The position numbers and the translations under genes are program-made. Shown here in pieces: positions 18,892 to 26,973 of a stretch of 64,000 bases of DNA. The notes beneath the pieces are model-generated. The model did no database searches and was not told where the DNA came from. It saw nothing but the letters and a program-made list of their open reading frames with translations. The DNA is taken from IMG/VR virus record IMGVR_UViG_3300027899_000001, positions 248,001-312,000 of that record. One strand, written 5' to 3'. Each line of letters starts with the position of its first letter. Within the stretch, counting starts at the first letter, position 1.

Positions 18892-19755
18892 TTATTTTTG
18901 ATCATCACCTTCCATAGCTCTAATTTCACGTCTATATTTCTTTTCATGTTCATATTCATACTCATGATAATCTGTAAAATACGGAGGTTTAGAAAGCTGT
19001 CTTCTATAATTTGCGCGGGGTACTATGTCTTTAAATGTAGGCGTTATAGTAAATCTTACTATTCGTGGTAATGTTACATCATCTTTTTTAAAATAATGTC
19101 TAATTAATCGCGGTTTAATTAAAATGGAAGAAAATCCCAAGTTATTAATAATATCTTTAACATATTTACCTAACTTATCAATTTCATTTTTCGGTAAGTT
19201 TTTAATTTTAGGATTATTAAACCAGAAATCTATATATCCATTACGTACATATACTGTAAAAATATAATGATTCTTATCAGCGTTTCCAAATAATTTAACT
19301 AAATCTTTGTATCTTGATTTTAATCCTATGCCCATATCATATATCGCATCATCACTTTCAATAAATTTTTCATCTATATGTTTTTGGGGTTTTATACGTT
19401 TTCCTGTATCTGGGTGTCTTTTAGGATATCCTAATTTTAATAATTTATTTCTTACACCCATATAAATATATGCAAAAGGATTACCAGTATGTCTGTTTTC
19501 CATTTTAGTATAATTCTTAGCGTATTCATCTAATATATTATAATATTTCCAATTAAATGCAGTATTTTCATCTTCAGGAAAAATGATATCATCAGGGATT
19601 TTATCTGTACCTAAAATAACAGTTAAATATTTAAAAAACCAATCTGCAGCGTCATCTTCATCTTTAAATCTACGTTTCGCATAAATTCCTATTCCTAAGT
19701 CATGAATGGGATCCGACTCTTCTATAAATTTTTCGTTAATATATTGTGCTCGCAT
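18892..19755 (-). CDS. 'ESDPI-leader' family protein, two tandem units
   Basis: N-terminal INEKFIEESDPIHDLGIG and internal IDEKFIESDDAIYDMGIG. Confidence 0.7.
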   Translation of the reverse strand: MRAQYINEKFIEESDPIHDLGIGIYAKRRFKDEDDAADWFFKYLTVILGTDKIPDDIIFPEDENTAFNWKYYNILDEYAKNYTKMENRHTGNPFAYIYMGVRNKLLKLGYPKRHPDTGKRIKPQKHIDEKFIESDDAIYDMGIGLKSRYKDLVKLFGNADKNHYIFTVYVRNGYIDFWFNNPKIKNLPKNEIDKLGKYVKDIINNLGFSSILIKPRLIRHYFKKDDVTLPRIVRFTITPTFKDIVPRANYRRQLSKPPYFTDYHEYEYEHEKKYRREIRAMEGDDQK

Positions 19756-19778
19756 TAAAGAGACTTTTATTTATATAT

Positions 19779-19928
19779 TTAATCTTCATAATATATAAAT
19801 TCACGTCCTTCATAGTTTTTTAATTTTACACAATTTCCTTCACGTCCAACGTAATAATCTGGTAACATAGGTATTTTACCACCCGGAGTATCAATAATAA
19901 ACTGAGGAACAAACCTAAATTTTTTCAT
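19779..19928 (-). pseudogene. Stranded 3' end of kamA, present as its own 49-aa ORF
   Basis: Hand-translated MKKFRFVPQFIIDTPGGKIPMLPDYYVGREGNCVKLKNYEGREFIYYED*; matches the canonical KamA C-terminal pattern (VP.F.ID.PGG.KIP..P.Y...L.NYEG). Confidence 0.8.
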
Positions 19929-19939
19929 GAATATATAAA
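19929..19939 (+). promoter_or_regulatory. Putative late promoter motif GAATATATAAA
   Basis: Exact 11-mer 8 nt upstream of the endonuclease ATG at 19947. Confidence 0.5.
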
Positions 19940-19946
19940 ATAAAAA

Positions 19947-20966
19947 ATGAAAGAATTCAAAAAAGAAAAGAATTTATTTATATGTGAAGAATGCCAACGC
20001 ACATTTGTTAAAATCGATGGGTTAAGTAAACATATAAGACTTAATCACTATTCTCAAAAAACATATTATGATAAATGGCTAAAAGAAAATGATGAAAATA
20101 CTTGTAAAATTTGTAAAAAAGAAACAACATTTATAGGATTAGGAAAAGGTTATAAAAATTGTTGTTCATCTGACTGCACTAAAAAATTTAGAACACATAA
20201 AATTCAAGCAACTTTATTACTTAGATATGGTGTAAATTCTCCTACTAAAGATAAAACTATTAGAGAAAAAGTAAATAAAACGATGATAAAAAAATATGGG
20301 CATAAATGCCCTATGAAAAATGAAAAAATACAAAAAGAAATAAAACAAAATAATTTAAAAAAATTGGAAGTAGAATATCCATTTCAGTCTTTAAAAATTC
20401 AAGAAAAAATAATTATATCTAATTTAGAAAATTTCGGAGTAAAAAATACGTTTCAACGAATAGATGTAAAAAATAAAATAAAAGAAACTTGTATGCAAAG
20501 ATATGGAGTTGAAAATCCAAATAATAATAAAAAAGTTAGAGATAAAATAGAAAAAACTTGTATAGATAAATATGGAGTTAAAAATCCATCACAGAATAAA
20601 GAAGTGCATGATAAACAACAAAAAAACGCGTGTTATTCAAAAAAATATAAAAATACTATTATAAACTATAGAGCATCTTATGAATATGATTTTTTAGAAA
20701 AATTTTACCCAGTATATTCTGATATAGTTAATGGCCCAACAATAAAATATCAATATAAAAATGAATCCAGATTATATTTTCCAGATTTTTACATTCCATC
20801 TTTAAATCTTATCGTTGAAATAAAAAATTCTTATCTTTTAAAAAAAGATAAAGAAAAAATAGAAGCAAAGAAAAAATATACTATTCTTAATGGGTATAAT
20901 TATTTAATAATTACTAATAAAGATTATTCTACATTTTCTTCATATCTTAAAATTTCTCCAGTATAA
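19947..20966 (+). mobile_element. Homing-endonuclease-like protein (C2H2 finger, YGV.NP repeats, C-terminal PD-(D/E)xK nuclease)
   Basis: 'FICEECQR...HIRLNH'; repeated 'YGVxNP'; 'YFPDFYIPSLNLIVEIK'. Confidence 0.7.
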
Positions 20967-22099
20967 CTTTTAAATTCATATACATGATCTTTATGCGATA
21001 TAATGTTATCACAGACTTCAATTTTTCCTAAATGAGAATCTACAATAAATGTTGGACACGCGTAACCACTCGTCCAGCCTCTCAATGCTGAGATAATCTG
21101 AAGTCCTTTATTAATAGTAGTTCTAAAATGACTTGTACCTGCAACAAGATCGCATGCATATATATAATATGGTCTAACTCTAATTGTAAGAAGACTATTC
21201 ATAAGCTTTTTCATAATTTGTGGGTCATCGTTAACGCCTTTGAGTAATACTGTTTGAGAACCTAAAGGAATTCCTGCATTCGCAAGCTTTTCACACGCTT
21301 GTTTAACTTCTGAAGTTATTTCATCGGGATGAGAGAAATGAATACTTATGAATAAAGGATGATATTTCTTTAAGATATTAGTTAACTCTGGCGTAATTCT
21401 TTGAGGTAACACAACAGGAACTTTAGTTCCAATTCTTAAGAACTCAACGTGTTTTATTTCTTTAATTTCTTTAAGAAGATATTCTATACTATCGTCATTC
21501 ATAGTTAAAGGATCTCCTCCAGATAATAACACATCTCGTATCTCAGTATGTTCTCTAATATACTGAAGCGCCTTTTCCCACGCTTTCTTAGGAATTCGTT
21601 CTCTATTTATGAGTCTACTTCTTGTACAGTATCGACAATTTGAAGAACAAAAGTCCGTGGTTAGAAATAATACACGATCTGGATATCTATGAACTATACA
21701 TTCCACAGGACTTTGATGTTCTTCGTTCAGCGAGTCGTTTTTCTCATTTTCAGTTACGTGAAGTTCGTTATTGGTTGGAATAACGCACTTTCCGATTCCT
21801 TCTGAAAGAGAAGTGATTGTACTTGCATAATATGGAGTAATTCTTAATGGTAAATTTATATTCTTGGATAATTCATAATTTGAATCTCCAAATATACGAC
21901 TCAATTCTTCATATGTAGTTATACTGTTACGTATCTGCCAATGCCAATCATTCCAATTAGTATCAGATACATCTGAATAAAATCTATTTTTAAAAGATTG
22001 AGTTTTTTCGGAGATGATAAGAGGGGGTTCTTCAGTATCAACGATAATCTCCTGAGCTGGTTGATACTGGTTTTTAGACGAATCTATTTGTTGTTCCAT
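20924..22099 (-). CDS. kamA: KamA-family radical SAM lysine 2,3-aminomutase
   Basis: 'WNDWHWQIRN', 'VHRYPDRVLF...CSSNCRYCTR', 'LLSGGDPL', PLP-Lys 'LLKGVND', 'VRPYY'. Confidence 0.85.
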   Translation of the reverse strand: MEQQIDSSKNQYQPAQEIIVDTEEPPLIISEKTQSFKNRFYSDVSDTNWNDWHWQIRNSITTYEELSRIFGDSNYELSKNINLPLRITPYYASTITSLSEGIGKCVIPTNNELHVTENEKNDSLNEEHQSPVECIVHRYPDRVLFLTTDFCSSNCRYCTRSRLINRERIPKKAWEKALQYIREHTEIRDVLLSGGDPLTMNDDSIEYLLKEIKEIKHVEFLRIGTKVPVVLPQRITPELTNILKKYHPLFISIHFSHPDEITSEVKQACEKLANAGIPLGSQTVLLKGVNDDPQIMKKLMNSLLTIRVRPYYIYACDLVAGTSHFRTTINKGLQIISALRGWTSGYACPTFIVDSHLGKIEVCDNIISHKDHVYEFKSYTGEILRYEENVE

Positions 22100-22179
22100 T
22101 TTGTAGTAAAAAATTTTACTTTTATATTCGTATTTTTAGTTTAGTTTTGTTCTATATATCAAAATTTTTGGGATAAAAA

Positions 22180-22255
22180 GATGGCGTGAACCTGGATCCC
22201 ACCCTGTACCTACGAAGATGATTTTCGTTGTTCTGACATTAAACTACACGCCATC
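22180..22255 (-). ncRNA. tRNA-like element (degenerate T-arm, UCA at the anticodon position)
   Basis: 9-bp closing stem GATGGCGTG/CACGCCATC; D-arm TA-GTTT-AATGTCA-GAAC-A; perfect ACGAA/TTCGT stem with 7-nt loop AATCATC; no GTTCRA T-loop. Confidence 0.45.
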
Positions 22256-22291
22256 CGGATTATGGTTAAATTTAGGGCCCAGCTAACCATC

Positions 22292-22636
22292 TTATTCTGG
22301 TAAGGTCATTTTAAAAAACTCGAAAATGGGATTAACATTTTGTTTAGAATGCATCGAAATGTCATCTAAGGTCCGTAGAGATATCGCGTTCTCTAAAGTA
22401 ATAGAACCATATTCTATCCAAAGACCTATAGAATCTACTTCATCTGGTGCACTGGTTAAAAGATCATCGAAAATACTCGTGACAATTTGTTCAGTCAATG
22501 CTTCGTTTAGTATATAGTTTTCAGGAATTTCAAATTTAGCAGATATTTTTTTAAGGTATTCTGCTTTGCCTTCTTCTATATCAGTATCTCTTTTCATCAA
22601 AGAGATTGATATACTTTTAATTAAGTTTAAATCCAT
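22292..22636 (-). CDS. Hypothetical protein
   Basis: 114 aa ORF. Confidence 0.55.
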   Translation of the reverse strand: MDLNLIKSISISLMKRDTDIEEGKAEYLKKISAKFEIPENYILNEALTEQIVTSIFDDLLTSAPDEVDSIGLWIEYGSITLENAISLRTLDDISMHSKQNVNPIFEFFKMTLPE

Positions 22637-22659
22637 AAACTAATTTTTTTATTATATAT

Positions 22660-22992
22660 TTATGTTTGTCTAATTCTAAATCCTCTTCGTTGTAACATTT
22701 TTTGTAACATCTCAGAATCAAACCAGGGGTTTTCTCCTTTTATTTTACAATATTCATTAATAAACATTTGTATATCATGATGATATTTTTCATTTATATA
22801 ATAAGTATTAGATTTAATTATATCGTTAGGTATTGTAGGAGTTTTTAAAATTTGAGGTAATATTTTTATTATATATTGAAACATTCGTACATCATCAGGA
22901 AAATTTTTCTTGGTGTGAGTTATTCCAATACCCATATCATAAATGGGATCAGATTCTTCTACAAATTTTTCAAATACATATTGCGCTTTCAA
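22660..22992 (-). CDS. 'ESDPI-leader' family protein
   Basis: MKAQYVFEKFVEESDPIYDMGIG (TTG start); its payload resembles unit 1 of 18892-19755. Confidence 0.7.
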   Translation of the reverse strand: MKAQYVFEKFVEESDPIYDMGIGITHTKKNFPDDVRMFQYIIKILPQILKTPTIPNDIIKSNTYYINEKYHHDIQMFINEYCKIKGENPWFDSEMLQKMLQRRGFRIRQT

Positions 22993-23007
22993 ATTTAATT
23001 TATTTTA

Positions 23008-23018
23008 TTTATATATTC
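23008..23018 (-). promoter_or_regulatory. Putative late promoter motif GAATATATAAA
   Basis: Exact 11-mer 16 nt upstream of the start at 22992. Confidence 0.5.
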
Positions 23019-23126
23019 AAAACTCTACATTAATATATAATAAAAGAGGTGAGGCTCTGACAAGCCAATTGGTAGTTTGGATAACCAACTGTCCCCCTTT
23101 AATTATATATTAGTCTAAAATAAAGT

Positions 23127-23816
23127 TTGGAAATCATGAATCATCAAAAAGTCTATGAATCTATAATTCAGAGAGCAAAATCTGAAAATAGAATTAAACT
23201 TAATAGAAATAATGAAAATTATATTTATTATGAAAATCATCATATTTTGCCCAAATGCTTAGGTGGAAATAATGATAAAGATAATTTGGTTTTATTAACA
23301 GCAAAGGAACATTATGTCTGTCATAAATTACTTACATATATTTATAAAGAAAACGCAAAAATATACGGTGCTTTTTTCTATATGTCATTTAATAAAAAAT
23401 ATGACAAATTTTTATCAGCTCGAGATTATGCTTACGCAATAGAATTAAATACTATCGCACATATTAATAAAAAACAATCGTTAGAAACAAAAGAAAAAAG
23501 AAGAAAATCAATGTTAGGTAAAAACAAAGGAAAAAAAATGAAAAAAGAATTTGGCGAAAACATTTCTAAACGTTTAAAAGGAAACATTCCTTGGAATAAA
23601 GGAAAACCCGGGTGTTTTTCAAATGATACTATTAATAAAATGTCAATAGCTGCAATAGGAGTAAAAAATTCATTAGAATCAAATGAAAAAAATAGGCAAT
23701 CTCATATAGGAAAAACTACATGGAATAAAGGATTAACAAAAGAAATTGATGAACGGGTTTTAAAATGTTCACTTAAAATTTCTAAAACTCTTAAAAATAA
23801 AAATTTATTAAATTAA
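23127..23816 (+). mobile_element. Free-standing HNH homing endonuclease
   Basis: 'YYENHHILPKCLGGNNDKDNLVLLTAKEHYVCHKLL'; paralog of 9287-9934; 'PWNKG' repeats. Confidence 0.8.
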
Positions 23817-24517
23817 GACTGGCCCGGACCCTTTATAGCAATTCCGCTAATTGCAGGGTTGGATCTATCATTAGGTTGCGAAAATTGTTTTACCCTATTC
23901 GCATCAGTTATATCGGCAGCATTTTGCTGAAGACCTATACTCTCTTCAACTTCTCCTTTGGCTGCTACTGCTTTACCATCTGTAACTTTATTAAGTTCTT
24001 CTGGAGCCATTGTTCCAAATCCTGAACGTTCTTCCCAATAATCTTTTCCATAATCAATTGTAAGTTGTTCTCCAGCTTTTATAGTTCTTGCTGCGATAAA
24101 ATACATTTGACGATTATCTTTATTATAAGCAAATGTGATATTTGGTTGAGGTGAATGCCCATATAAACTGCCATATCCAAGCACAATACCGTATTGCATT
24201 TTATTTTTATCGATTTCAAAAATATAATCTTTTAATCTTGGAACTGCTTTTGCTTCAAGACCCACAAAAATAATAGGCGCAATTTCAACTATTTCTCCTT
24301 TAGCATATTGTGTTTTAGCTAACACAAGATATCCTCCATTCTTTTTCTTAGAATATTCTACACGATTAACATTGAACACTTCTTTACGCGCTGTCAAGAA
24401 ACCCCCTTTATCAGCAATATGTGAAGGTTTTACTACGATATCTGTTTTTTCAAACGGATTGTAAAATTCTTCATCTAGTTTAGCAAATTGATCAAATGTT
24501 TTAATTTTATATTTCAT
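23813..24517 (-). CDS. SET-domain protein methyltransferase
   Basis: 'KNGGYLVLAK...KGEIVE', 'GSLYGHSPQPN' (NHS-like), 'AARTIKAGEQLTIDYG'. Confidence 0.8.
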   Translation of the reverse strand: MKYKIKTFDQFAKLDEEFYNPFEKTDIVVKPSHIADKGGFLTARKEVFNVNRVEYSKKKNGGYLVLAKTQYAKGEIVEIAPIIFVGLEAKAVPRLKDYIFEIDKNKMQYGIVLGYGSLYGHSPQPNITFAYNKDNRQMYFIAARTIKAGEQLTIDYGKDYWEERSGFGTMAPEELNKVTDGKAVAAKGEVEESIGLQQNAADITDANRVKQFSQPNDRSNPAISGIAIKGPGQS

Positions 24518-24538
24518 GATTGAATTAATTTTTTATAT

Positions 24539-25264
24539 TTATTCATCTGATATATTTCTTTCTTTCAACTTATGATAATATTGAGCAAATTTATGAGCTA
24601 ATATTTTTTTAACTTTAGGAGTTAAAAAAGTATTCCATAGTTCATAATGTACACCGAATATCTTTTTAAATTCATTATATAGATTATTGATGTTTTTAAT
24701 ATGCCCATTTTCATCAAAAAAATCTAATTTACTAATGGTTTCTAAGAAAAAAGAATGTATTTCTTCAGTACTATTATAATAACGACGATTAAACTGATCT
24801 CCTGAAAGTCCAGGCGCTTGATACGATTTTTTTAAGGGCATATTAGAATTTTTTCCTTTACTACGATACCAATTATATGCATGACTTAATTCATGTAGTA
24901 TTCTTTCATATTTATTTCCATGAATTATTATTAAGCCCTTTGAAAATTGTAATTCATTTAAAAGTCCATATTTTTTTAATTGAGCATTAGTTCTATTAAA
25001 AGCAGTGGGCGGTAAAAAGCTACCAGAAAATTCAAAATTAGGAAAATATAATCTAATTGCTACATCTTGTATCATTTTATACGTATCACTTTTTTCTATG
25101 TCTACTAAATCTTTTATAAAATATGTTTCATTTGATTTAATTTCTTTATTTTCAGTTTTACGTAAAATTATTTGCGCTAATTTTTTTAAGTCAATATAAC
25201 TATCATATGTTTCATTTAAAACAGAATATTTTTTATATAAATCGTAAGAGATAAAATTGTTCAT
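24539..25264 (-). CDS. Putative zincin-like metallopeptidase (HExxH)
   Basis: 'ILHELSHAY' with a downstream 'YYNSTEEI' Glu; leader ends in VLNE. Confidence 0.45.
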   Translation of the reverse strand: MNNFISYDLYKKYSVLNETYDSYIDLKKLAQIILRKTENKEIKSNETYFIKDLVDIEKSDTYKMIQDVAIRLYFPNFEFSGSFLPPTAFNRTNAQLKKYGLLNELQFSKGLIIIHGNKYERILHELSHAYNWYRSKGKNSNMPLKKSYQAPGLSGDQFNRRYYNSTEEIHSFFLETISKLDFFDENGHIKNINNLYNEFKKIFGVHYELWNTFLTPKVKKILAHKFAQYYHKLKERNISDE

Positions 25265-25281
25265 ATCTATTTTTATATGAA

Positions 25282-25893
25282 TTATGGCTTATATTGTATT
25301 GGCTTTGATTTATTAGTATCATCTTTATAATCTGAAAATGATTGAAATGTTTGTGATTTATATTTTGGCATCTTTCCTTTATTTGTTACAAAGATTTTTT
25401 TGAATTCATTAAAACTCATTGTTCCTACTGCCATGCGTTTAATTTGATTTATAAATTGAGAAATATGATTAGGATGAAGCAACATTGCTGTAAACTTTTT
25501 ACTTAATTCATTTTCCGTACCTGCATATCTTTTATATTCATATTCAGGAAGAGCCATTTTTCTAATGTATGTTCTTACTCCATTCAATAAAGATTCATAG
25601 TATTTTTTTGCTAATAAGTATTTTTCAATATAATCAGCAGCTTCGTAATAAAAATCAATATTATGTTCAACTTTATCAATTTCAGACTTAGGATAATTTC
25701 CTTCTAATTCACGAATGTTAATTTTATTTAACAAACTATTTAAACGATCAATATCGTCTAATGTTCTGCTTATAATAGTATCTTTTTGAATTTCAGAAAC
25801 TTGATTTGATTCAAATTGATCAAATACATCAGAAATACTTTTATATAAATATTTTGATTGTTTATAAAATTCTACTGTACTCTTTAAACTCAT
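25282..25893 (-). CDS. Hypothetical protein
   Basis: 203 aa ORF. Confidence 0.6.
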   Translation of the reverse strand: MSLKSTVEFYKQSKYLYKSISDVFDQFESNQVSEIQKDTIISRTLDDIDRLNSLLNKINIRELEGNYPKSEIDKVEHNIDFYYEAADYIEKYLLAKKYYESLLNGVRTYIRKMALPEYEYKRYAGTENELSKKFTAMLLHPNHISQFINQIKRMAVGTMSFNEFKKIFVTNKGKMPKYKSQTFQSFSDYKDDTNKSKPIQYKP

Positions 25894-25909
25894 TATTAAA
25901 ATTATTTTA

Positions 25910-26899
25910 TTATGCTAATTTACCTGTTTGTTCACCTTCTACTTTAGTTTCATCTGTGAGAGGCCCTTCAAATGATTTAGCATATTTAATATCGCATTGA
26001 TTGTTTTCTTTTTCTCCAACTATCTTATATGTTATTAATTTATCATCAACACTAACTATTACTACTTCTTTTTCTCCTATGCCTTTAATATTAATTTTAT
26101 ATTTTTTTCCAACTTCAAGTTTAGGAGTTTGTTTTTCTGTTTGTGCTTCTTCTTGATCTTTTTGTATTTTAGCCTTTTGTTCTTCTGTTTGTGTAGTAGT
26201 TTCTTGAATTTTCTCATCGTTGTATCTATTAGCATAAGAACTTTCATCATAAAGTTTGTAGGCTTCTTCATTAGTCAATACTTTTCTTGCATCAGCTTCA
26301 ATAGTTTTTGAAATGTATGAATATGCATTCATTTGAATTTGTGTATGTAATAATTGCCAATAATTTTTTAATTTAAGAGCAGCAGCATCTTTTCCACCTT
26401 TAAAAAATGCAGCTGTTGCATCTAATATTCCTGTTATAGTTGATGATGTTTCTGCATTACTAATTTTTTTATCAAAAGCAGCATCTGCATTAGATAAAAA
26501 TTTATCTACTGCGCCATAAATAGCATCTAATTGTCTTTTTTGTAAATTCGATGTCGTTTTAATTTTATTATTTAAAATTTTCTTTAATTCTTCGCCTTTT
26601 TTATTTTCTTTAATAGCTTCTGCTAAAGCAGTAGTTACACTTCTTTCTAATTTTAATACATTAGGAAGATATTTATTTATTATTTTTTCTGTTACTTGGT
26701 CTTGAGTTCTTTTTGCAGTTTTATTTAAAGTTCTTTTAATTCTACCCCATTTTGTAAAAAGGTTTCCTTTTTCTGTTTCGACATCTTCAGGTTTTCCTGC
26801 AATTGTTTCATTGGCTTCATTTAAACCCAATTCTTTAAATAAACTATTTCCATTTATATCAACAACTTCAGAAAGTTGTAAGTATTCACTATATTTCAT
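25910..26899 (-). CDS. Hypothetical helical protein with a capsid-targeting-like leader
   Basis: MKYSEYLQLSE...GLNE; 329 aa. Confidence 0.6.
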   Translation of the reverse strand: MKYSEYLQLSEVVDINGNSLFKELGLNEANETIAGKPEDVETEKGNLFTKWGRIKRTLNKTAKRTQDQVTEKIINKYLPNVLKLERSVTTALAEAIKENKKGEELKKILNNKIKTTSNLQKRQLDAIYGAVDKFLSNADAAFDKKISNAETSSTITGILDATAAFFKGGKDAAALKLKNYWQLLHTQIQMNAYSYISKTIEADARKVLTNEEAYKLYDESSYANRYNDEKIQETTTQTEEQKAKIQKDQEEAQTEKQTPKLEVGKKYKINIKGIGEKEVVIVSVDDKLITYKIVGEKENNQCDIKYAKSFEGPLTDETKVEGEQTGKLA

Positions 26900-26946
26900 A
26901 ATCTTCTTACTTTTATTTTTATATATATTCTAGTACAAAAAGCTTT

Positions 26947-26957
26947 GAATATATAAA
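26947..26957 (+). promoter_or_regulatory. Putative late promoter motif GAATATATAAA (divergent pair with the variant at ~26918-26930)
   Basis: Exact 11-mer 17 nt upstream of the ATG at 26974. Confidence 0.5.
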
Positions 26958-26973
26958 ATAAAATATTACTACT

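Noticed and set aside
22180-22255. Functional selenocysteine or opal-suppressor tRNA
   Set aside because: No long variable arm, no U33, no TTC loop, no CCA, and TGA serves as a normal stop throughout the window.
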